This document shows, piece by piece, positions 27,615-39,600 of a stretch of DNA of 64,000 nt. The notes under the pieces were generated by a model. It was not told the origin of the DNA, ran no database searches, and saw only the letters and a list, made by a program, of their open reading frames with translations. The stretch covers positions 22,444,001 to 22,508,000 of the forward strand of contig CM119379.1 in assembly GCA_051294905.1 (NCBI GenBank), read 5' to 3'. Within the stretch, counting starts at the first letter, position 1; each line of letters opens with the position of its first letter. The stretch is from Botryllus schlosseri (Eukaryota). A program made the translations under genes and the position numbers.

Positions 27615-30600
27615 CTCTATGCTTGCTAATCAAAGCATTACGCTAGTGAAGATCTCAGTGGTTGATATCTTGTACTGCGATTTGCGAGTTCTTCATGTCC
27701 GAGAATTTTCATGTCATACAAACTTGAATTCGTTGATCAAACATACACACGAAGATATGTTAATAATACATATGTATTGCTTCCACAACTACATTCACAA
27801 CTACACACGAAAAGTCTTCGAGTTAATATATTCTTTACTGCAATGAATGTAGTTGTGAGAGCAATACTCAAGTTTAGTACCGCCAACCATATTTTTAAGA
27901 ATACATAATATACTAAATGTGTGTTTTCAGCTCAAGCATAAACAATACACTACGTCCTATCCTATTTTATGATAATACAATTTTCTGCCATTGCAAATGT
28001 GGCACTTTGAATTAATTGATTTTACTCAAGCACGGATCGTCCCTGCTACCCGATGTTTTTCAATTCTATTGTAGGAATTCATGGAGCATTCAAAAGTGCT
28101 GATTCGAGGACTCGGGGATAGGGACCAGGTCTTGGTAGAGGACATGGAGTCATTGAAAGAAACGTTGAGATTGGTCAGGCAAGAGCTGGCGTTAGATTCG
28201 TCCACTTTGGCGGAAATTCAACTGAGCTTGCTACATCAACGTGGACTGGTTTGTCAAATTTACTTCACGGATTATATTATCGCTGCCGTTCAGAGGTGGT
28301 CAGTGATCAGTAATCTGGGGTTTTTATTTTCGGACAATGGAGTAAGCTTTTCCTACTCAAGCGGATAAGTTTTTAGACTACCACAACTTTTACTTCACAT
28401 TTTTTGCAGCAAAACTACTAATCTGTGATAAGAATCGGGTGGAACAGCTGAATATATTTTTAAAAATTGTAGCTATTTGCTAAGCGCTTCCTCGATATAT
28501 GGCCCATATTAAGATAGTGCTCCTCATGAAACCAATAAATGTTTCCTATGAACACCACGACAAGATTTATAATCGTTAAAAATTATTGTTTTCCGGGTTG
28601 GGGGTAGGCACATCGGGATCAGGGTTAGGGTATGATGGATATTAGGGTTGGAGGATAATGGATATTGGGTTGGGGGAGAGGGACGTTAGGGTTAGGTTTG
28701 GGGCTATGGATATCATCCCTCACCCCCAACCCTGATATCCGTCATACCCCAGCCCTAAATCCATAACCCCCACTTACAAGCGGTGTTTTTCAGCTACAAG
28801 AGACCGAGCAGAAGTTAGACGCCGCCGTAACGTCCACGAACAAAAATCTTACCCTTCTGTCATCTGTTATTGACGGGAAATCAGCACAATTAGACTCGTT
28901 CGCTACCATGCAGGACAGCGTGAGCAGCAAATTAAACGTTTTGGGCACAAAACTATTCAAATTTGACCGCCAAATGTCAGGCCTAAAGAGCAGAGTTACA
29001 AAGTGGGAAACAGTTATAGATATCTATTGTTGCATACGCACGCGCTAAAATAATTTCATTCGTAAAGACACGCTGTCACGTTGGAAGGACAAAATCTTCG
29101 AAGCCAAGGAATCACCGTGGAACTGGAAGATATCGTGAAGAAATTAGAATATTTAATGATGCTGAATCTGAAAAATGACACCTTCGGTAATTTGGTCTCT
29201 AATGTTTGTTACGAACTGTACGAGTGCGTCCCAAATATGGACTGTCCGCGGTACCATTATAGCACGGACTATCCGTAGTCGGGTTGTGAGTGATAGTTAG
29301 TTCAGTTTCCAACTAGAATTGTAGTTCCGATTCTATTTTCTGCTCTGCAATGCTGTCAATATGAATTAGTCGTATCGCAGCCTACGGAAAATGTAGTACA
29401 AAGCTATGCATATTATTGGAAATGACATATCTGTGGAGTCATGATCAACCGACGGCATTGTCACAAAATGCATTGAAATAGGTATGGTTGAAAAATACCA
29501 GATATTTATTGTTGAGATACAGAACTTGAATTATATATACATTGTGATTGCGTGAAAGGTACATATTTGTCATTTCCACATCATTCACGCTGTCACGATG
29601 ACATAACAATTTTAGCTCGAAATATTCTTGAGTAGCGGCTTCTTATTTCAGTAGGGGACGAGTCTATGATGTTGTCGTTCGCACAAACGTTAACGCAACT
29701 CAGAAAGGACGTGACGACGTTGAACATATCGGCGTGGAATGCAATTTCAGTAGAATCCCAAGATGACGAGTATGGACGAGACAATGCAACTGCGGTCTCG
29801 TCGATCTACGTTGATTATCCGGTATCAAAGATTGCATCTGAGCCTTATCAGTTATGCACAGTGTTGTTTATAAACAGACAATTCAATGGAGATTTTCCCT
29901 CGTTGGACAATTTTTACCATTCTTTTTAAGTGTAATCAACTTAGCTTTTTCCTAGCTACGCTACTTACTCACAGGGTCGTATTTTACACTACTTTCATTT
30001 CTACTTCAAGATAAAATTAAACTATCTACTTTTTACATTTCAGATTTTTACAAGCAGAAGATAGTTTTGTTGTCAGATTGCATCACTGTATGGGTGGAAA
30101 TTATCGTAAGAGTCATGTGAAATAGTCTCTGCATCACATTAAGTGAATATATCTTCAAAGATTCTATCTATCCGTAGTGTCATTAGTCATTTTGTGTTAG
30201 TCTCAATTTTGAAAGTAGATACATCTGATTAACGGTTGTTAGGGTGCGATTCATATTACACCAATATTACAAATTTCGAAGAAAAAATAATGGACTGAAA
30301 CCACTTTTTTGTCTCTTTTCAGGATGCGTCAGTTGCGAACACGAAAGATATTCAGTATTTACTGTCGAATTTCTCGTCCGTCCTTCGAGGTATTGAAAAT
30401 TCGTTGTATTTCGTCGTACCGAAAACATCCGAAGTCATCCGCGATCTCGCGAGCCGACAGAAATCCCTCGAAGCCCTAAATAGTATCACTCGCGAAAATG
30501 TTTCGTATTTACGAGGTATTGCATGATGATACGTTACGTGTTGATTTGATTACAATTTTATGTCATACCAGACGCTATTACGAACGATCTATCTGGAAAA

Positions 30601-33600
30601 GGGGAAATGGAAAATATGTGTCAACGTCATATTGTAAGCGGCGTGTATTTGATCCATCCGCAGAACCGTTATCTTTTGATATTTCAGAGCAATTTGTCCG
30701 TTGAATTCGCTGGCATTGTCGGTGATTTCGTGGAATTGAAACAGTCCGCCGCCAGTAACGATGAAAGATTTGGACGCAAGGTGAAAGAGATTGATGCTAA
30801 AATCCTGGATGGGTCTGGAAGGTTCGTTAGGAGCGAATCAGCCGAATAAAATGTTTTTTCATATATCCGATATTTTGATGCTATTGACAAAACATATTTT
30901 TCTGAAATTGACGTTATGGCTGTCGTTGCTGTTACTTCAGATATTTCTTTGAACTTTTGGACGCACAAAATACAGAAGCAAACACGCGAAGTGACCAAAT
31001 ACATGAATATTGGCTTGACGTAGTTTTTGCAACTAATAAGCCAAGTCAATTTGATGGCGATAACTGGCTGTCTGTATGCGGGAGTAGTGAATGTTAAGTT
31101 TAAATGTTTTCATTTAGGCTCGACAGCCTTGAAAGGATAGTCCCATTCATGGAAACGAAATTGCAACATACAATTGAAATGGTATACGGAGTCAACAAAA
31201 CGGTCAACAGTTTGCAACAAATGCAACAAATGCGGGACGGTCAGCTCGATCTCATGTTCGCTGACATTCAGAGTCTTCGACAGGCAAGGATTTTCGTTTA
31301 AACAAATGAATATTCAGACGTTTCTTGACCTTAGTGTCTGTGACAATCTTGACAAAGTGCTGTGGAGCATCCATATTTTCCAACCGAGAGGAATAATGCT
31401 CAAACTCTATAATCGTACGCATACGGACTACTGCAGTGTCCAAAGACTTATCCAATCTTCTGAATAAGGATGCTTTGAATTGCCCTCTGCTCAATACTAA
31501 TTGTAGAGCTTCTTGGAGGAACAGAACTTCAATATACAATACTAGGTCACCAGCATGAAATTTTGAATAAGAGAGCGTTCAATGTACCATTTATAGATGG
31601 TACACGAACTCCTTTTGTTGACACAGTTTGTTTGTTTGTTTTTGGGGTATTCATGGCGTTTGTCGACTACTATGGTCAATTGGTCATTTACACCAGGCCG
31701 ATATTCTTCTTATTTTCCGTAACTGCCGACTTATAGCACGGCCCACCTCTAGGCTTTTGTAAGACACCGCTGACGCGGATGAGGTGGCGAGGAGGAGCCT
31801 AGGCCTAGCGTATTTTGATAATCGCAGTGGAAAACATTTGCTGGATAATCCCGTTTGTGCGAAAAATTATCGAGACGACAGAGGTTGCTTTGTTGGAAGG
31901 GGCCGTTTACACTTTCATTTGCATGCCTAGGAGTATACTTATATCAAAATACGCTAACCAAGACTGTCTCAACAAAAGGAATTTGTGTATCATCTTAAAA
32001 TAGTATATTGTACTCTCTCTTATTCGAAATTTCATGCTGGGGACATCATATTTTGTGATACGACTGTTGATATGCAATGTTCTTTCCAATTCTCTACTAG
32101 TTGCTAACGATTACCCCTGACGAGTGTCAGCCGAAAATAATCGGGTTCATTTCAATATGAATATACTATTCAATGATACTAATTGTGTAGTTCGAGTTGT
32201 TGTTCTAAACCCTTTTGGACCAACACACGTCATTCCGCAACTGATCTATTGCTCACATCTTCATCTGACAAAATCACGTCCCAACTATCATCTTCTAGAA
32301 CGTAAGAACAGCCGAGCACAAGGTTTCCGGCGCGGAAGACGCTTTCGTACGGTTCAGCAACGCTTCGACGCGTTACCGCATCAGCCTCTGGAACGACGTG
32401 CTGCAAATCATCAACACCACCGTCGAGAAAGTGGAAACGCAGGCTGAAGTTTTGGCCAGGGGCGGAGAACGCAGGGATCTATTGCTCGTTAATTCCGAGA
32501 GGAACGTCAGGCAGTTGTCGGAACGCGTTGGTGAATTACAGAGAAGGAGCAGAGTATGTTGAGTTATAAGTAGAGCCCGCCCTATTATTTTTATTGATTT
32601 ACTGATAATATCCAGTGGGCATTACACTATGAAAGAAGTATTGTTATCGGCCACTAGAGGTAATCTTTGTGATGTCATAACATGGTAGTCGTGAGTCAGA
32701 GTACTATATCATACTAGACTGGGCATATTGATATGTATCTGGTGGCAAAGTTTTATGCAGATGAAGTATTTCTTGTTTATTGCATCTTCAAGCACACCAA
32801 TGGCTGTAAAGCTGTTCAAATTAATGCTATGAAGGTTTGGATATGTACCATATCTTTTGAATAAGGCCTTTGTCAGTACAAAACACACCATCACCTTCAG
32901 TACATGCTTCTCGGTCGTTCAGGATACGGAGGTGCTGGTATCCGCAATAGCCCAGGAGACGAAATGGAACGGCGGTCAGATCGATACTTGCCTGCTGGAT
33001 GTGGAAGAGCTGGAAATGGAAAATGATCGTAAATTTCAGAGTTTGGAGAACGAAATCGGGAATCAAACCGCTGCTATCGCGAAGGTTAATAGCAAGGTAC
33101 GTCTGAGTGATGCGTAAACTTTGGACCCGGTATGTTCTTTCGGGTAGAGGCAGAAATTCTATCTGTTGCCTACAAATCTTTTCAATTCGAAAGTCCTCGG
33201 TATTGCCTTGTTTTTACTTTATCAAATTGTACATAATGCAATTTTAGACTAAAACTTTTTGAAAACATGAGATTGCTGAAAAATCAGTTTTGTTAGCTGT
33301 CTGTAATGGAAAATAACTCTGAATTGAGTGGTTTTTGCACTTGTATCGCTTATATAACTTATTTATTATAAATTGTGGCAATTCTGGCAATTTTTTTCCC
33401 AGCTGGATTCTCTCACCAACACCTGGATACTTCCGCCCACCCTGCCAAGTACGAAGCCCACCCTTGACACCGACGAAACAACAGGTAAGTTACAATTATG
33501 AAACTCGTCATCAACCAGGGCAGTACCCAGATAAGCAGTTCTCAACATGCTGGGAGTCATTCGTTAATCAATCTTATCTAAAGCCCATGACTACATAAAA

Positions 33601-36600
33601 TTTCAACTGTTAACGCTAACTGTGTGCTTGTAAGTGATTCCGCTTGATTTATATGCTACTGTTGTTTAGGCATCAAGGGTAATAACTTTGATAGATGTGC
33701 GTCTTGTGTCCTTGACTATGCATGTATTTTTGTCCATTGTATCCATTCGATTCTGTAATAAATTCTCTCTCGCTCTCATTATATGCTACAACATACATCG
33801 AATCTGTGTGTTTCCTTTGCTTTCATTGACGTCGACCAACCAAGCAATTTGAATTAAATCTTCCCTATTGTCAGCTGTCCAGTTCGCCGAAGTTGAAAGT
33901 CCTACGAATTTGCAAACGTACAACATCGATGCATCCAGCCTTTTGCTCTCATGGGACGCTTCCCCCACATCTGGAGTGACAGGATACCGCGTTACTCTTA
34001 CAAATGCTTTCGACGCCAAGGCTCCCCCGATTCAGGTACGCTCTTCGATTATAATCGCAGACTGAACGTATCACTAGATATTGTCGATTTTCAATCCAGA
34101 AAAACGTCGAAGATACACAGCTTAGAGTTGAAGGACTGTATTCAGACATGGCTTACAATGTCGAAATTTATGCCGAGAAGGGTATCATGACAAGCCCTGC
34201 GTTAACCGGTGTCGCTATCGCAAGTGAGTAGGAGTTTCGTAATGGTTATGTGTATGCTTAGCAGGGCTGTCCAAAAAAAAAACTTTTCCTTCAGATTTCA
34301 CTGGCTACTTGATAAAATTGTTAGGTTGGTTAAAAATAAAACGCTGCACACCAACTTTTGCTCAATTCCAACCAGTAGAAGCGAGATTCTTGCAGTTAAA
34401 AGTTTTGAATTTATCATTAAAAAATGAAAAAATAAAATTTCAAAACTTTTCGGTCGACCCCATAATAGTGTTTGGCTGTCGGTAGAGATGATGCATACCA
34501 AATTTGGCTCAATTCCAACCACTAGAAGCAAAGTTATTGCAGTAGAAAAATTTCTAATTCCATGATTTTATAATAAATAAATACTATTTTATTCAAATCA
34601 AAATTTTTCTACTGCAATAGAAGTTATTGCAGTAGTCTAGTGGTTGGAATTGAGCCAAATTTGGTGTGCAACATCTATACTGACATAGTAACAATTTTAT
34701 GGGGTTGGCAGAATAATTTTAAAATTTTATTTTTTTGTTTTTTTAATGATAAATTCAAAACTTTCTACTGCAATAACTTCGCTTCTACTGGTTGGAATTG
34801 AGCCTAAGTTGGTGTGCAGCGTTTTTTTTTAACCAACCTAACAATTTTATGAAATAGCCAGTGAAGGAAAAGTTTTTTTTAACAGCCCTAATGCTTAGTG
34901 TATGTTTACAGTCAGTGAGAAGTTCGAAATATTTTTCTGAGTTCAAAACACAGCTGGTTGAGAATCAATGAATTTGGAATGGTCGAAAAGACTTGGAGAA
35001 GACTGATTGTCAAACGCACACCTTGACCTGCACATAATAATGGAGGAGTTTGTGGATAATATATTCATACTGAAATCTACCCAAATATTTTTGGCGGACA
35101 CTCGTCAAGGTTAATTGTCAGCAACTAGTAGAGAATTCAATAGAGCTTGGTATATAAACAACTATGATGGCACGGACATAACAATTCGAATAATCGAGGC
35201 TAACAGATGTTTTTATGGCAATATTCCGATATAAAGATATCATCAAATTGTATATTGAAGTTCGGTATAGCCAAGATTCTCTTCGAAAGAGTTAGCAATT
35301 CGAATTTAAATGAGGCAAGGCTGCACGATACAGCGAAATTGATCTGTCGAGAGCATGATCCGGTAATCTCAAACACAAACTAATGTTGATTTAGTCTTTT
35401 TGGAGGACGTTACAAACGCTCAAACATGTGTCGAAGTCACGTGGATACAAACCCAGCTATGGCTTGTTTGATATGGTTTGCGTCGATAATACAAATGTAT
35501 TCCAATCCCTGACTTATTACCCCTCACTGAAGAAGACTTGGTAGTGAAATTTGTCTTTTTCTTTATCCTCTATTAAAGATATCACTACGTTTATAGCAGA
35601 TTAAGAAAATGTATTGCATTACAGCTGATGACTTAGATTAGCAGATTTTCATTCGTTCGTGCATAACTGTATACCTGCCTTTCTGTTCACATCGCTATTG
35701 CCGGTTATACAATTTGTTCTGATGCTCTCATGCTTTCTTAATAACATCACCTTTTTCAATGAGTAAATAAATTTGACTTTTTCACTAGTTGTGATGCTAT
35801 CATGCTATGTTGATTAATTGCTGCACTATAAACTGATAATTCTATTCTGTTCAGGCACAGTTTCGTCCGAAACATCAACTCGAAAGCCAGAAGTAACACC
35901 TACTGGTTCTGACATAAGTGAAATTCTATTCTTGTTGGATGTTTGTCGTATTAGTTTTAATAATTCTCTCTCGTGTTACAGTTTGGCATTGCAACTTTGA
36001 GCGTGTGTGCGCACTGAACAATACGAATGACGACGATTTTGACTGGGACGTGTATCGTAGCGGAGCCACCCGATCTGAAGAAACGGGACCCTCTGGGGAC
36101 CACACATCAAGAGACGGCGATGGTATTTCGCTACAAAAATAGCATATATTTAGGCTGTTTCGTAATATAAAGTCCAGTGAGTGATTTACACCTGAAATCT
36201 TTGATTTTAATCAACAGCATATACTCGTAGAAATAAAGTATAATAACACCTTCTACTAAAGGTAGACAGTTGAGCATGAAAATGACTTTATAACCTCCAA
36301 ACTGACCCCAACCCAAACTCCGAAATTAAACGATACCTTAACTCAGGGGTTTTCAACTCATGGCTCGATTTTTTAGGTCGCTTGTTCTCATGCAAAATCA
36401 CAATCAATATTATTGAAATCGTGAAGAGATCACAAAGCATGAAAATATTTACACCATGGTCCGTAGACAAAAACGTTACTCAAAGTGCAAACTTATAACT
36501 ATTTCATCAGTGAAATATTATGAGTATTCGTTTGGATCACAAGGTTTTACCGATCTGATATATTTTTTTAAACCATGAGCTAACCCTAACTTTAACCCAT

Positions 36601-39600
36601 ATGCTCAAGTGTCGCATGCACAACTGTAGGATGCTTCAATGTCCACAAACCGTTGAAGCTATATATATGTGATGTTGATTCCTGCTTAACAATACCTATG
36701 TCAAGCTTTTGTCAGCTGTACCTTTTCTACGCGGCATGCATATTATGTTGTGTTTCGTTCAGGTCGTTATGCCTTTATCGAAACCTCGAATCCTAGGGAA
36801 ACGGGTGATATCGCAAGGCTAGCCACATCCACGATGGAGAGTGTTGAAGGTAACTGCTTTTCGATACAGTACGTGTAATGATGTGTTGTATAAGACATGA
36901 TATTTTATATTTCATTCCGTACTTTTGCGATTTCCGTTTGATAGCATTCATTCCACAATTCACCTTTCGCAGATGCGTGTTTGGAGTTTTTCTACCACAT
37001 GTACGGCGTGGGGGTCGGAGACTTATCGGTCTGGTTGGTTTACCAAAACCAAGCAAAGGAAAAGATTTGGGAAAAGTCCGGAAACCAAGGCGATATGTGG
37101 CAGAGAGAAGTGTTAGAGGTTCATTCGGAAGAAAGGTTTCATGTATGTTGAAATTATTTTGGTAAATTCTTAAATTAATTAAATTAACTTATTCATTATC
37201 GAATCTGAAACTATTATATTAATCATAATGAGTCGAGTAGTGAGAATCTATTTTATCGAGCACTAAAATTAATTGCTAATTTCCACTAAGAGCTGATTTC
37301 TCAACAAGAATTGTAATTTCGATATTATGTTCCCACAGTGGAAGCCTTGAAACGTCAATTAGTCATATCGCAACATCGAAAACATTTGGAATAGGCAATA
37401 TTTTTTTTTTTATGGTCGAATAAAACTCACATGTTTTTACTTTCCGTATCATCCCTACTCGTATTACGTCATAATGAGGGTTTCTCATTGTGCCGAAAAT
37501 TAGGGTCATAAATTTACGTTTTGTAATATATGTTCATCATGTGGTATTGCTATATTAACATGGCAATAGGCAAAAAGATTTAATTGGTGAAGTCTATTGG
37601 TCTAGTTTGCATGCAAATAGCTACACAAAAATTCTGTGTGAAAAACGGGTATGTATTCTGAATGGAATAATACAGAACTGAATCCATGAAAAAAGTCGCT
37701 AGCTGCAGGCTAATTATTCAGTAACGAAATACCATTGAGGTAATGCGGACTTGTTTAATTGTTAGGTAGCACATTCGGTGGTATTTCATCGTGAATCAAC
37801 GTATATGCATATGAGTGACCCAGCCAATCAATATTATTACACCGCTGATCACAATGTTGTGTGCGCAGCTGACTTTTGAGGGCGTGAGAGGTTCCGATTA
37901 CCACGGAGATATTGCTCTCGATGATATCGTGCTGAAAAGAGGCAGATGTCCGAAACCGCTGTTCGAATGCAACTTTGAAGATCCCAATTCGTGCGGATTC
38001 GCGCAAGTAAGTCTCGATGTCATGACAATTTCACTCACACAAGTGATGCCAACATGCCAGCAAACTATTTTCTACTTTCCTAAGCTCAAAGTGAAAAATG
38101 TGGGTAGACTTGCCGAAAAAACTTGTAAGCAGAAGTAGGAGTAGTCTCAAAACATTGCCATGTGATTGAGTAGTACAATAAGGCAAAACCTATTTGAAAA
38201 AACGAAAGTAGTTCATTACCAGCCACTTCAGCTACTACCCGTGTACTTTCCTATTGCAATTACAAGCTCACTTGTTTCTTCCGCGTCAGGACATCACCGA
38301 TGATTTCGACTGGTCAAGGAATAAGGGGGCGACCCCGTCAGATTCTACAGGCCCGATGACAGACCACACCCTCGCAACCCCGGACGGTTATTACATCTAC
38401 ATGGAAGCATCAGATCCTCAGTAACATTTTATGACTCATGAAATTTTTTGAAAAGTATAAACGACACTTTCTTGTCAGCTTGCACAATCAGAAAGCGCGT
38501 ATCCTTTCGCCTGAAATACGGACCTCTGTAAAGAACTGCTTGCAATTCTTCTATCACATGCATGTGAGTCCATATCTCTTTCCAAAGCCAATAGCGATGC
38601 ATGATTTCCTGTTATTTTGCATCATCTCCAGGGCATCGATATAAATACTTTGAACGTATACACCACACGATCTGTGACGAATACCCCAGACAAATTGATT
38701 TGGAGTAAGCAAGGCCCTCAAGGTATGCATGACACTTACATATCATCCTCAGCCGATCACAGCAGACTTGGTCAACTAGATGATTCTAGTTGTCTGCTAG
38801 ACTAATTAGGGCACTTGTGAAATGTTTCTATGCTCTAATTTTACTTTTAAATGCTAATATCCGGTGTTCCGGAAAATGCCACAGGAGAAGTGTATAGTGT
38901 GAAGCGAGGCAAGCTTGCTGTACAGATATTTCCCATTCTCATGCTTATGGGAATGAACTCTGTTTTGATATCTACAAAACTTGAATTTTGTTGTGTATCT
39001 GTCTGATCCGAAATTTAATTCGATACCCAAGTTTTTGCAAATTCAGTAATTCTAATCTGATCTAATTTGGATAAAACTGTGTAGCTATAATTCTAATTCT
39101 AATATAATTCGGGAAAGATGAAAATTTTCTCGTTGTTCAGCTTGGGATTATAGTCGTGGATATTGTTTGTTTTTTGTAGGGAACGCTTGGAATTCGGCCC
39201 GCGTCAACATTGACATTGAAGGTCGGTACAGAGTTGTGTTCGAAGCTATTGTCGGGATCGATTATCATGGAGATATTGGACTGGATGACGTGTCGATATC
39301 CACGGGGTCCTGCGACACGCCAGGTCATTACTTGTCTCCCTCTTCACGGTTTAGATCACAGATCGATAAGTACCGAAGTATATCTGGATGTGCGGTTATT
39401 AACCTTTTCTTACCCGGAGGACACAAAACAAAAATCCGTTTTGACGACATTTGCCATTTCGAAAAGTGACTCGGGCTATTGACTAATAATTAACGTATCC
39501 AATGTGCCATGCTGCTTCTTCAAGCTACATACAACCTACATAGACAGTTCACCAAGAGTGCCAAGTACTCCGTCTGTTGCTGTGTAGAACACATAAATTT

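Noticed and set aside
28596-28708. Telomere or interstitial telomeric array
   Set aside because: There are only scattered TTAGGG units within a degenerate foldback, not a tandem array.
31740-31806. HDV-like ribozyme
   Set aside because: No P3/L3 pairing, P1.1, P4 or catalytic C could be placed on either strand; kept only as a low-interest structure.
34036-34060. Possible 25-nt micro-intron in the FN3 domain
   Set aside because: An in-frame acceptor at 34099 with a better pyrimidine tract gives an ordinary 64-nt intron and a more FN3-like spacing.
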